Source: Halorientalis sp. (lineage in GTDB: Archaea > Halobacteriota > Halobacteria > Halobacteriales > Haloarculaceae). Taken from it: DNA of 64,000 bases. The number at the start of each line of letters is the position of its first letter. The stretch's first letter is position 1. The stretch is taken from contig JBDGUF010000015.1 in the NCBI GenBank assembly GCA_042216105.1, forward strand, positions 22,210 through 86,209, written 5' to 3'. The position numbers were made by a program, and so were the translations under genes. The notes under the pieces are model-generated. The model was given only the letters and a program-made list of their open reading frames with translations, was not told the origin of the DNA and made no database searches. This document shows, piece after piece, positions 8,421 to 17,120 of this stretch.

Positions 8421-11312
8421 TCAGGCGGCCTGGGTCTCGGTCGCGGCGTCGGGGCCGAACTCCCGGAGTCCGCCCAGCGCCTCCCGCGCCTCGCGGCGGG
8501 TCGGGTAGGTCCGCTTGCTCTCGGCGACGGTACTCCCGTCGGTGTCGACGAGTCGCCAGCGCCAGCCGTCGTCCCCGTCGTCCTCGTGGAGCTCGAAGGC
8601 CGGCGACTCGATCTCCAGCAAACTGGCCGTCGTCAGGGTGTCCCGGACGGACGCGAGCGCGCGCTCGGCCGCGTTCCGGGACTCGAAAGTGGGGCCGCTG
8701 ACGGCGACGGTGTTGCCGGCGGTGTCGACGAACCGCCAGACCCAGCCGTCCCCCTTCTCGGTCACCTCGAAGGCCGCCAGGTCGAAATCGAGCAGTCCCG
8801 CACCACCGGCGAGTTCGCGGGCCCGCGAGAGGTCGACCCGCGCGCTCTCGCGGCTCTCGTGGGTCCGGTCCCCGACCGCCAGCGTGTTCCGGTCGGGATC
8901 GACCAGTCGCCAGCGCCACCGATCCGTGTCGGCGTCCCCGTCGGCGACCGTCTCCAGCCGGAACGCGGCGGGGTCGACGGCGAAGACCGGCGCGCCACCC
9001 GCGTTGTCACGCACGAGACGGGCGGTCGTCGCCACGGCGTCCCTGGACGGGAACTGTTCGGTGCCGACGGCGAGCGGTTCGCGCTCGCGGTCGACGATCT
9101 CCCACTCCCAGGCCTCGCCCTCCTCGCCCTCGGTGACCGAGAAGCGGATCGCGATGTCCTCGACGGTGTGGACGGTCGCGTCGGCGGCGAAGTCGGCGAC
9201 CGACTCGGCGGCCGCGGTGGCGCTCTCCCGGTCGGCGAAGTCCTCGCGGCTCCGGGCGACCGTGCTGCCGTCGGGGTGGATCAGCCGCCAGCGCCACCCC
9301 CGGCGCTCGCCCTCGTCGACGTACACCTGGAAGAGGGCGGCGTCCATCCGGCGCGTTCCGGCCTCGGGAGCCAGCAGCGAGAGCGAGTCCATCGCCTCGC
9401 GGGCGGCTTCGTCGCTGTCGTAGCGGCCGGGGCTGGTCGCCAGCGTCTCCCCGCCGGCGTCGACCAGCCGCCAGTGCCACTCCGACTCGGCCTGGTACAG
9501 CTCCAGCGCGGCGCTCCCGATCTCGACGAGGTCGGCCTCGGGGGCGTGCTGTTTCATCGTGTTCATCGCCGCGGCGGCGTCCTCGCGGGAGGCGTGTTCC
9601 TGCCCGCTGTCGGAGACGACGCTCCCGTCGGCGTCGACCAGCCGCCAGTTCCAGCCGCCGTCCGTGGCCTCGTAGAGGTGGAAGGCGGCGCTGTCGAACT
9701 CGATGCGGTCGGCGGTCCCGATCTCCTCGCGCAGTCGCTCGATGGCCGTCTCGGCCGCCTCGGGGTCCGCGAAGGTCGCGCTGGCCGGACTGCGCGCGAC
9801 GGTCTCGCGGTCCTCGGTGACCAGCCGCCAGGCCCACTGGTCGCCCTCGGGGTAGATCTCGTACTCCGCGTCGTCGAGTTCGACGACCGGCGCGTCCGCG
9901 ACGACCTCCTTGACGCGGCTCACGACCGACCGCCCGCTCTCCTCGGATGGCACCGCACTCTCGCTGTGGGCGACCACCTCGTCCTCGGCGTCGACCAGCC
10001 GCCAGCGCCACCCGCCCGCCTCGCCCTCGACGATCTCGTAGGCGGGCGAGTCGGCTTCGAGGAAGGGCATGTCGATGGCCCCCTCCACGATCCGCCGGAC
10101 GGACGCCTCGACGGCCTCGCGGCTCTCGAACTCGTCGCTGGACTCGGCGATCGTCTCGTCGTCGGCGTCGACCAGTTCCCAGCGCCAGGCCCCGTCGTCC
10201 TCGATCAACTCGACGCCGACCGTCTCGACGTCCATCACCGGCGACTCGCGGGCGGCCTCCCGGATCGACCGGACGGCGGCCTCGGCCGCCTCGCGGCCCT
10301 CGTAGCTCTCGGGGCTCTCACCGAGGACGCCGCGGTTCTCGTCGACCAGCCGCCAGCGCCAGTCCGAGCCGTCGCCGTAGACCTCGAAGGCCCCCTCCTC
10401 CACGTCGAGCAGGGCGGCCCCGGGTCCGTGTTCCTTCAGCAGGTTCACCGCGTTCTCGGCCGTCTCGCGGTCGGCGTAGCGGTCGCCGCCCTCGGCCAGC
10501 ACGACGCCGTCCTCGTCGACCAGCGTCCAGCGGACGCCCGGACCGTCCTCGCCCCCGTCGCGGTACAGCCGGAAGGCGGCGTGGTTGATCTCCAGCAGAC
10601 TCGCGCCCGCCACCTTCGTCTTGATGTCCTCGAGGGCGTCCTCCGCGTCGGCCTCGCTGTCGTAGGCCCGGGTGCCGTCGGCGACGGCCGCCTGTTCGAC
10701 GAACCACCAGCGCCAGCCCTGCTCGTCCGGGAACACCGCGAACACGCCGTCGCGCTCCGCGTCGCCGGCCAGCACGTCCGAGACGCGAGTCTCGGTCTCG
10801 TCCTCGACGACCCACCCCATCGCGGTCACGTCCTCGTCGGCCAGGAAGTAGCTCCGCCGACCGGTCAGCGCGGGCACCAGCGCGGCGACCAGCGCCAACA
10901 GCGCCAGCCCGCCGCCGTAGCCCGCGAGGAAGAGCAGTCCCTCCGTCCGTGCGAGCCCCCACTGCCCCGGATAGATGCGCAGGAAGTACCCGAGCGCGGC
11001 GACGGCGAGGAGCGCACCCAGCACCGCCACCGGGACCGCCCGCCTGCGGAGGGGCAGCTGGAGGACGGTCCCGAGCAGGAAGACGGGGAACCCCGCCGCC
11101 CCGAGCACGAGCGCGAGTTCCGCAACCGCCGCCGATCCGAGGCCGAGCAGCCCCGCGCGGCCGGCGGCGAACACCCCCACGCCGGCCAGTACCGCCAGCA
11201 ACCCGATCACCAGTACCCAGTAGCCGTACACCTCCGGTTTCGTCCGCGCCTCCCCCATGTACTCGTCGTAGAACCCGTAGAAGGCGCTGTCCGGTCGCGA
11301 TCCCGTTGCCAT
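8421..11312 (-). CDS. Membrane-anchored protein with 13 tandem DUF1508/YegP (HVO_2922-like) repeats
   Basis: About 4 N-terminal TM helices, then 13 units of the form FExY..W[R/x]WRL(V)D..G..(V)A.S...Y/F.S...A. Confidence 0.85.
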   Translation of the reverse strand: MATGSRPDSAFYGFYDEYMGEARTKPEVYGYWVLVIGLLAVLAGVGVFAAGRAGLLGLGSAAVAELALVLGAAGFPVFLLGTVLQLPLRRRAVPVAVLGALLAVAALGYFLRIYPGQWGLARTEGLLFLAGYGGGLALLALVAALVPALTGRRSYFLADEDVTAMGWVVEDETETRVSDVLAGDAERDGVFAVFPDEQGWRWWFVEQAAVADGTRAYDSEADAEDALEDIKTKVAGASLLEINHAAFRLYRDGGEDGPGVRWTLVDEDGVVLAEGGDRYADRETAENAVNLLKEHGPGAALLDVEEGAFEVYGDGSDWRWRLVDENRGVLGESPESYEGREAAEAAVRSIREAARESPVMDVETVGVELIEDDGAWRWELVDADDETIAESSDEFESREAVEASVRRIVEGAIDMPFLEADSPAYEIVEGEAGGWRWRLVDAEDEVVAHSESAVPSEESGRSVVSRVKEVVADAPVVELDDAEYEIYPEGDQWAWRLVTEDRETVARSPASATFADPEAAETAIERLREEIGTADRIEFDSAAFHLYEATDGGWNWRLVDADGSVVSDSGQEHASREDAAAAMNTMKQHAPEADLVEIGSAALELYQAESEWHWRLVDAGGETLATSPGRYDSDEAAREAMDSLSLLAPEAGTRRMDAALFQVYVDEGERRGWRWRLIHPDGSTVARSREDFADRESATAAAESVADFAADATVHTVEDIAIRFSVTEGEEGEAWEWEIVDREREPLAVGTEQFPSRDAVATTARLVRDNAGGAPVFAVDPAAFRLETVADGDADTDRWRWRLVDPDRNTLAVGDRTHESRESARVDLSRARELAGGAGLLDFDLAAFEVTEKGDGWVWRFVDTAGNTVAVSGPTFESRNAAERALASVRDTLTTASLLEIESPAFELHEDDGDDGWRWRLVDTDGSTVAESKRTYPTRREAREALGGLREFGPDAATETQAA

Positions 11313-11393
11313 CGTTACAGTTCGTGGTTGGTCCACTCGGTACCTTAAACGTGGGGTCGGTTCACACGGATCTCACGGAGTGAAATCGACCCC

Positions 11394-12221
11394 TTACTCC
11401 AGCAGACGCGCGCCCGTCGGGTCGATCCGGCAGGTCGCGGGGTCGTAGCCGGCCGTCGAGAGGCCGCCGTCGATGGAGAACACCGTCTTCCCGAGCATGG
11501 CCATCGAGGCGTCGCCGCCGGCCTCGTTCACGTCGAGGATCACGTCCCGGACCTCGGGCGTGAGCAGTTCCGCCTCGCGGGCGAACTGCCGGGAGGCGCG
11601 CATGAACGAGGACAGCGTCGGCTCCTCGACGACGCGGGAGAGCCCGCGCTTGCCGGCCTGGTCCAGCAGGTCGGTGTCGCCGGAGATCACCTCCTCCGTC
11701 GGGAGTTCGCCCAGCGTGTGGTACTCGACGGAGCCGCGGGCGGGAATCCCGTCCAGCAGGTAGTCCTGCGGGCCGCCGGGTTCCAGCCTGATCGGGACGC
11801 CGCCCCGCGCCTGCGCCACCACGTCGCCCAGTCCCGTGCCCGCCTGGACCTCCGCCCCGTGGGCGATGGTGACGAGTTCGTTCTCCGAGAGCCGCCGGTC
11901 GAAGGCCGCGTTGACCGCCAGCGCGGTGCCCAGCGCCATCGCGCCGGAGACGCCGAAGCCCGAGCCGATAGGCAACGGCGTCTGACCGTCCACGCGGGCG
12001 GTCGCTTCGAGGGTGTCCAGCACCGTCTCGACGGCCTCCATCTCGACGGGCACGTCGTTACAGCGCACGCTGGTCTCCTCGGCCGGACGCACGGTGACGG
12101 TGACGCCGTCGGTCAGGGTCAGCCCCGCGCCCTGCGAACCCGCCTTCGTCGGATCGTCGTCCCGGTGGATGGTGAAGAAGCCGGTCACGTGGCCCGGGAC
12201 GAACGCTTCGGCTTCGGTCAT
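11394..12221 (-). CDS. pok: Pantoate kinase (GHMP family)
   Basis: PGHVTGFF, LPIGSGFGVSG GHMP loop, AHGAEVQAGTGLGDV, SMAMLG. Confidence 0.93.
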   Translation of the reverse strand: MTEAEAFVPGHVTGFFTIHRDDDPTKAGSQGAGLTLTDGVTVTVRPAEETSVRCNDVPVEMEAVETVLDTLEATARVDGQTPLPIGSGFGVSGAMALGTALAVNAAFDRRLSENELVTIAHGAEVQAGTGLGDVVAQARGGVPIRLEPGGPQDYLLDGIPARGSVEYHTLGELPTEEVISGDTDLLDQAGKRGLSRVVEEPTLSSFMRASRQFAREAELLTPEVRDVILDVNEAGGDASMAMLGKTVFSIDGGLSTAGYDPATCRIDPTGARLLE

Positions 12222-12336
12222 GCCTGCCGGTCCGTGCCCCGGGCGAATAAATGGTGGTCGTCGCGGCAGGTCCGAACCCGGCGGGCCGGACCCACAGTCG
12301 ACACCGCTTTCCCCCCGGCCCCGCAGGTCGACGCCG

Positions 12337-13653
12337 ATGGCCGACAGTCCACGGATCGCCGTCGACCCCGCCCGACCGCTGGTCGACGAGCGGTTCGCGG
12401 TCCGCCTCGCCGGCTTCCCGCCGCGGCGGCGGGTGACCGTCCGCGCTCGAATGCCGCTGGACGGCGCGCTCTGGGAAGCGCGGGCGACGGTCCGGACCGG
12501 CGACGACGGGGCCGCCGATCTGGACGCCCAGCGGCCGCTCGCGGGCACCTACCGGCGGGCCGACGCGATGGGACTGGTCCAGTCGGCCGAACGCGTCGGG
12601 GACCGACCTGCATCCCGCGAGCGCACGCGAACCGACGGGAACGTCTCGCTGACGGCGACGCTCGGGGGCCAGCGGGTCGCCAGCGCGACCGTCGAGCGCC
12701 GGTTCCGCCGCGAGGGCGTCACGGTCGAACGAGCCGACCACCGCGACCTCGTGGCGCGACTGTACGAGCCGCCCGCGGAGAGCGCGAGCGGCGACGGCCA
12801 CTACCCCGGCGTCGTCCTGCTGGGCGGGTCCGGCGGCGGCTTCCCCTCCCGCCGGGTCGCCACACTGCTGGCCTCGCGGGGCTACGCCGTGCTGGCGCTG
12901 GCGTACTTCGGTCGCGAGGACCTGCCGGACCGACTGGTCGGGGTTCCGCTCGAATACGTCGAACGGGCGGTCGAGTGGTTCGCCGACCGCGAGCGCGTTC
13001 GGTCCGACCCGCTCGGGGTCGTCGGCCGGTCGCGGGGCGGTGAACTCGCCCTGCTGGCGGCCACCCGGTTCGATCGACTCCGAACGGCCGTCGGCTACGC
13101 CCCGAGTGCCGTTACCTTCCAGGGAAATAGACTGCTGACGGACCCTGGATCGGCCTGGACGGCCGGCGGCGAGGACCTGCCGTACGTTCCGCTCGCGCGA
13201 CCGCCCGGGTTCCGGGTACGGACCGTCTCGCGGTGGGTCCGAGGCCGCCCGCTCCCGCTTCGGCCGCTGTTCGAACGGGGACTGACGGGGGCGGACGACG
13301 CGAGGCTTCGACGTGCGACGATCCCCGTCGAGGAGATCGGCGGGCCGCTCCTGCTCGTGACCGGCGACGACGACCGCGTCTGGCCGGCCGACCGGCTCGC
13401 CACGCGGGCGATGGCGCGGCTGGACGCACGCGAGTATCCACACCCCTACGACCACCTGCAGGTACCGGGTGCCGGCCACGACATCACGGTCCCGTACCAC
13501 CCGACGACCGAGCGGGCGACGCGGTCGTTCCCGCTCCCCGGCCGGGCCCTGTCGCTCGACATGGGCGGCACTCCGGCGGGGTACGCCCGCGCCGACGCAA
13601 CGGCCTGGGAGTGGACGCTCGCGACGCTGGATCGGGGCCTGCGACACGGTTGA
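12337..13653 (+). CDS. Acyl-CoA thioesterase / BAAT-family alpha/beta hydrolase
   Basis: LVDE N-terminal BAAT domain, LGGSGGG, LALAYF, GRSRGG nucleophile, GDDDRVWP, GAGH. Confidence 0.88.
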   Translation: MADSPRIAVDPARPLVDERFAVRLAGFPPRRRVTVRARMPLDGALWEARATVRTGDDGAADLDAQRPLAGTYRRADAMGLVQSAERVGDRPASRERTRTDGNVSLTATLGGQRVASATVERRFRREGVTVERADHRDLVARLYEPPAESASGDGHYPGVVLLGGSGGGFPSRRVATLLASRGYAVLALAYFGREDLPDRLVGVPLEYVERAVEWFADRERVRSDPLGVVGRSRGGELALLAATRFDRLRTAVGYAPSAVTFQGNRLLTDPGSAWTAGGEDLPYVPLARPPGFRVRTVSRWVRGRPLPLRPLFERGLTGADDARLRRATIPVEEIGGPLLLVTGDDDRVWPADRLATRAMARLDAREYPHPYDHLQVPGAGHDITVPYHPTTERATRSFPLPGRALSLDMGGTPAGYARADATAWEWTLATLDRGLRHG

Positions 13654-13654
13654 C

Positions 13655-13927
13655 CTACTCGTCCGGGTCCACCGCGTCGGCGGCGGGTTCGTCGGCACCG
13701 TCGTCGGCCAGCCGGTCGAGCAGCGCCGCGCGCTGTGTGGCCGAGAGGTCGTCGGCGAGGCACTCGACGAACGACGCCACGAGATCCTCGCGGACCCGCA
13801 GGTCGACGTGTTCCATCCGGCCGTCGACGACGACGGCGTCGAGTTCCCACTCGCCTTCCGCCGGATCGGTCATTCGGATGTCTACCCACTCGTCCGCCGT
13901 CGGCTCCGTCGACTCCAGGGTTGCCAT
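13655..13927 (-). CDS. Small acidic hypothetical protein
   Basis: MATLESTEPTADEW..., 90 aa, halophilic composition. Confidence 0.65.
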   Translation of the reverse strand: MATLESTEPTADEWVDIRMTDPAEGEWELDAVVVDGRMEHVDLRVREDLVASFVECLADDLSATQRAALLDRLADDGADEPAADAVDPDE

Positions 13928-14023
13928 GGTCCGTACTACGCCGGAGTCCGACATAGCTGTATCCGACGCGGACTGCTATCAGTCGACACCCACCGAACAG
14001 CCACACGGCCGCCGATACGCCTT

Positions 14024-14050
14024 TGTATACGCAGTCATACAACGTATACA
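14024..14050 (+). promoter_or_regulatory. Putative antitoxin operator (inverted repeat) at the start of the TA operon
   Basis: TGTATACG-N11-CGTATACA, whose last base is the A of the ATG at 14050. Confidence 0.6.
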
Positions 14051-14352
14051 TGCCGACGATCAGCGCGCGGCTCTCCGAGGAGGAACTGGCCGAACTGGAG
14101 CGGGTCGCGGCGATGCTGGACGACGACCGGAGCACGACGATCAGGAAGGCCCTCGAAGAGGGGCTGGCGGAGTTGCGGATCCGCGAGGCGGTCGGGCGCT
14201 ACCAGCAGGGCGACGTGGCCGTCACCGAGGCCGCCCGGCTCTCGGGCCTGTCGGTCGCGGAGTGGCTCGAAGTCGCCCGCGAGCGCAACCTCACCACGCA
14301 GTTGACCGCGGCCGATCTCCGGCGGGACGCCGACAGCGCGAGGGAACTGTGA
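14050..14352 (+). CDS. UPF0175-family antitoxin-like protein (RHH-like N-terminus plus HTH)
   Basis: MPTISARL, RSTTIRKAL, YQQGDVAVTEAARLSGLS; GTGA overlap with the PIN gene. Confidence 0.82.
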   Translation: MPTISARLSEEELAELERVAAMLDDDRSTTIRKALEEGLAELRIREAVGRYQQGDVAVTEAARLSGLSVAEWLEVARERNLTTQLTAADLRRDADSAREL

Positions 14353-14885
14353 GTCGAATCTACGTCGACGCCACGGTGCTGGTGGCACTGGGCGCGGTCG
14401 GAGAACTCGACTTGCTCGATGCCTTCGACGGCACTATCATCTGTCCCGACGCCGTCCGGGACGAAGTGACGACCGAACCGGCCCGGACGAACCTCGACCG
14501 GTTCGTCGCGGACGGGGCGGTCGTGACGGAGTCCGTCGAGACCGACTGGACCGACGACGCCATGCGCGTGCTGGACGCCGACGCGCCCGCCAGCGACGTG
14601 CGCGTGATCGAAGGCATCCTCGACGCGACCGACGACGGAGGGGAGCCCGAAGACGGGGACGCGGAGCCGGTCGGTCTCGTGTCCGACGACCGGCGACTGC
14701 GGACGGTCGCCGAGGGGTTCGGCGCGACGGTCACCGGGACCTTCGGCGTCGTCGTGCGGGCCGCGGTGGCCGACAAGTACTTCTCCCAGTCACAGGCCAA
14801 ACGCGTCGTCCGCCGGATCGACAGCCACGGTCTGCACCTGACGGGCGAGTTGCGCGAGCAGGCCGTCGGCGAGACCGGCGGCTGA
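14349..14885 (+). CDS. PIN-domain protein (DUF3368-like, VapC-type toxin)
   Basis: GTG start overlapping the antitoxin stop; IYVDAT, AVRDEV, LVSDDRRLR, VTGTFGVV. Confidence 0.82.
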   Translation: MSRIYVDATVLVALGAVGELDLLDAFDGTIICPDAVRDEVTTEPARTNLDRFVADGAVVTESVETDWTDDAMRVLDADAPASDVRVIEGILDATDDGGEPEDGDAEPVGLVSDDRRLRTVAEGFGATVTGTFGVVVRAAVADKYFSQSQAKRVVRRIDSHGLHLTGELREQAVGETGG

Positions 14886-14920
14886 CCGGCGACGACCGGA
14901 CCGAAAAGAAGCCGAATCGA

Positions 14921-15012
14921 GCCTACGGCGAGGGACGCTGCCGGTCTGACGAGACTCGCTTCGCTCGACTCGTGGACTCCCAACGTCTTCGCCCTACGGG
15001 CTCAGACGTTGG
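14921..15012 (-). repeat. Cluster of GNA-triloop hairpins at the aspS 3' end (REP-like element or terminator)
   Basis: Minus strand: CCAACGTCT-GA-GCCC-GTA-GGGC-GA-AGACGTTGG; ACGAG-TC-GA-GC-GAA-GC-GA-GT-CTCGT; GCC-GTA-GGC. Confidence 0.6.
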
Positions 15013-16298
15013 CGATCTCGCGGGAAGAGAACCGCTTCCCGGATGTTCCCGAGGCCGAGCATCGTCATGATGAGGCGCTCGCCGCCCAGGCCCCAGCCGG
15101 CGTGGGGCGGCATGCCGTACTTGAACATCTTGGTGTAGTACTCGAAGGCCTCCGGGTCCAGGCCCTGCTGTTCGAAGCCCGCGACCAGCTCGTCGTAGCG
15201 GTGTTCGCGCTGGCCGCCCGAGACCAGTTCCATCGACGGGTGCATCATGTCGAAGCCCGTCGACACTTCGGGATCGTCGTCGTGGTCCTTGATGTAGAAG
15301 GGCTTGATCTCGCTGGGCCAGTCGGTGATGAAGTAGTGTTCGCCGACCTCGTCGCCGAGGACGTGTTCGGCCTCCGTCGAGAGGTCGTCGCCCCACACGA
15401 GCACCTCGTCGAGTTTGCCCGTCGCGTTGATCTTCTCCAGGGCCTCCTCGTAAGTGAGTCGCGGGAAGTCGCCCTCGGGAACCTCGAACTCCTCGTCCAT
15501 GTCCAGCGCTTCGAGTTGCTCCCGGCAGTTCTCGGCGACGCCCTCGTAGGCGGCCTTGACGATGGTCTCGCAGGCGTCCATCGCCTCGGTGTGGTCGTAG
15601 AACGCCGACTCGAAGTCGATGGAGGTCGCCTCGTTGAGGTGTCGCGGCGTGTTGTGTTCCTCGGCGCGGAAGATCGGGCCGATCTCGAAGACGCGTTCGA
15701 GGCCGGAGCCGACCATCAGCTGTTTGAACAGCTGGGGGCTCTGGTTCATGAACGCCTCCTGCCCGAAGTAGGTGATCGGGAACAGTTCGGTGCCGCCCTC
15801 GGTGCCCGTGGCGACGATCTTCGGCGTGTTGATCTCCGTACAGCCGAGATCGCGGAAGGCCTCCCGCACCGAGCGCAGGGCCTCGGCGCGGATCTCGAAG
15901 ATGGCCTTGACCTCGGGCTTGCGCAGATCCAGCGTCCGGTTGTCCAGCCGCGTGGGGAGTTCGGCGTCGACCTTGCCGGAGGGGTCCAGCGGCAGTTCGG
16001 GATCGGCCTCGGCGATCACGTCGATCTCCTCGGGGACGATCTCCACGCCGGTCGGAGCCCGGTCCTCTTCCTCCACGTCGCCGGTCACGGCGACGACGCT
16101 CTCGCGGTGGACGTCCAGTCCCGTCTCGACGAGTTCGTCGTCCATCTCGTCTTTCTCGAACTTGACCTGGATCTTCCCGGTCGTGTCCCGGACGATCAGG
16201 AAGGCGATACCACCCAGGTCGCGGATCTCGTGGACCCAGCCGGCGACGGTGACCGTCTCGCCCGGCTCGGCCTCTGCGGTGTAGGTGCGGTCGTCCAT
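14994..16298 (-). CDS. aspS: Aspartate--tRNA(Asp/Asn) ligase, archaeal type, probably non-discriminating
   Basis: OB fold [19 protein letters not shown], motif 2 [14 protein letters not shown], motif 3 [14 protein letters not shown]. Confidence 0.97.
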   Translation of the reverse strand: MDDRTYTAEAEPGETVTVAGWVHEIRDLGGIAFLIVRDTTGKIQVKFEKDEMDDELVETGLDVHRESVVAVTGDVEEEDRAPTGVEIVPEEIDVIAEADPELPLDPSGKVDAELPTRLDNRTLDLRKPEVKAIFEIRAEALRSVREAFRDLGCTEINTPKIVATGTEGGTELFPITYFGQEAFMNQSPQLFKQLMVGSGLERVFEIGPIFRAEEHNTPRHLNEATSIDFESAFYDHTEAMDACETIVKAAYEGVAENCREQLEALDMDEEFEVPEGDFPRLTYEEALEKINATGKLDEVLVWGDDLSTEAEHVLGDEVGEHYFITDWPSEIKPFYIKDHDDDPEVSTGFDMMHPSMELVSGGQREHRYDELVAGFEQQGLDPEAFEYYTKMFKYGMPPHAGWGLGGERLIMTMLGLGNIREAVLFPRDRQRLSP

Positions 16299-16373
16299 GC
16301 TGTCCGGTATCGGCGGCCGGGACTTAAGTGCCGTCGTTTGCAGTCCAGCGGCAGGCGGGCCGCTCGCCCGGCG

Positions 16374-17078
16374 TCAGTTCGCGTCGCGCGCACCCTCGAC
16401 GGTCTCGCGGACGGCGTCGACACCCGCGTCGTGGACGAGGTCGCCGACGACCACCACGTCGGACTCCCGGGCCATCCGGTGGGCCGAGTCGTAGTCGTGG
16501 ATGCCGCCGCCGTAGAACAGCGTCGCGTCGTCCAGTGCCTCGCGGGCCGCCCGGACCTTCGTTGGATCGCCCAGCGTCCCGGAGTACTCGACGTAGACGA
16601 TCTCCTGGCCGAACATCTGCTCGGCGACCTCGGCGTAGGCTGCCACGTCGTCGGCGTCCTGCTCGCAGTCTGCGCCGGTGTAGCTGGCGACGGAGGCCTC
16701 GGGGTTGAGGACGATGTACGCCTCCGTCCAGGTGCGCGACCAGTCGATCTCGTCGTCCAGCCGGACCCACTCCTTGTGCGCGCCAGTGGTCCAGGTCACG
16801 TCGCCGGCGTTCATCACGATGGGGACGAGGTAGCCGTCGTGGGCGTCGCTGTGGACGACCGAGGACGGATTGGACGGCTCGATGTACAGCGGGATGTCGT
16901 ACTTCCCGCAGGCGTCGACGACGCGGGCCATCTTCTCCTCGGTCATGCCAGTGGTGCCGCCGACCTCGATGGCGTCGGTCCCGGTCGCCGCCACGTCCTC
17001 GAAGGTCTCGCCGTCGACCAGCGACTTGTCCGGGTCGATCTTCAGCACGTGATCCCACGCCGTCCATGGCCCGCTCAT
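16374..17078 (-). CDS. Geranylgeranylglyceryl phosphate synthase (PcrB-like group)
   Basis: [42 protein letters not shown]. Confidence 0.9.
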   Translation of the reverse strand: MSGPWTAWDHVLKIDPDKSLVDGETFEDVAATGTDAIEVGGTTGMTEEKMARVVDACGKYDIPLYIEPSNPSSVVHSDAHDGYLVPIVMNAGDVTWTTGAHKEWVRLDDEIDWSRTWTEAYIVLNPEASVASYTGADCEQDADDVAAYAEVAEQMFGQEIVYVEYSGTLGDPTKVRAAREALDDATLFYGGGIHDYDSAHRMARESDVVVVGDLVHDAGVDAVRETVEGARDAN

Positions 17079-17120
17079 ACCCGGGGCATTCCGACCGACC
17101 GTGAAAACTACTTCGGAAAG

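Noticed and set aside
8421-10750. Recurring CAGCCGCCAGCGCCA-like motifs at ~170-nt spacing, superficially CRISPR-like
   Set aside because: They are the coding WRWRL motif of protein repeats; degenerate, in frame, and no cas genes
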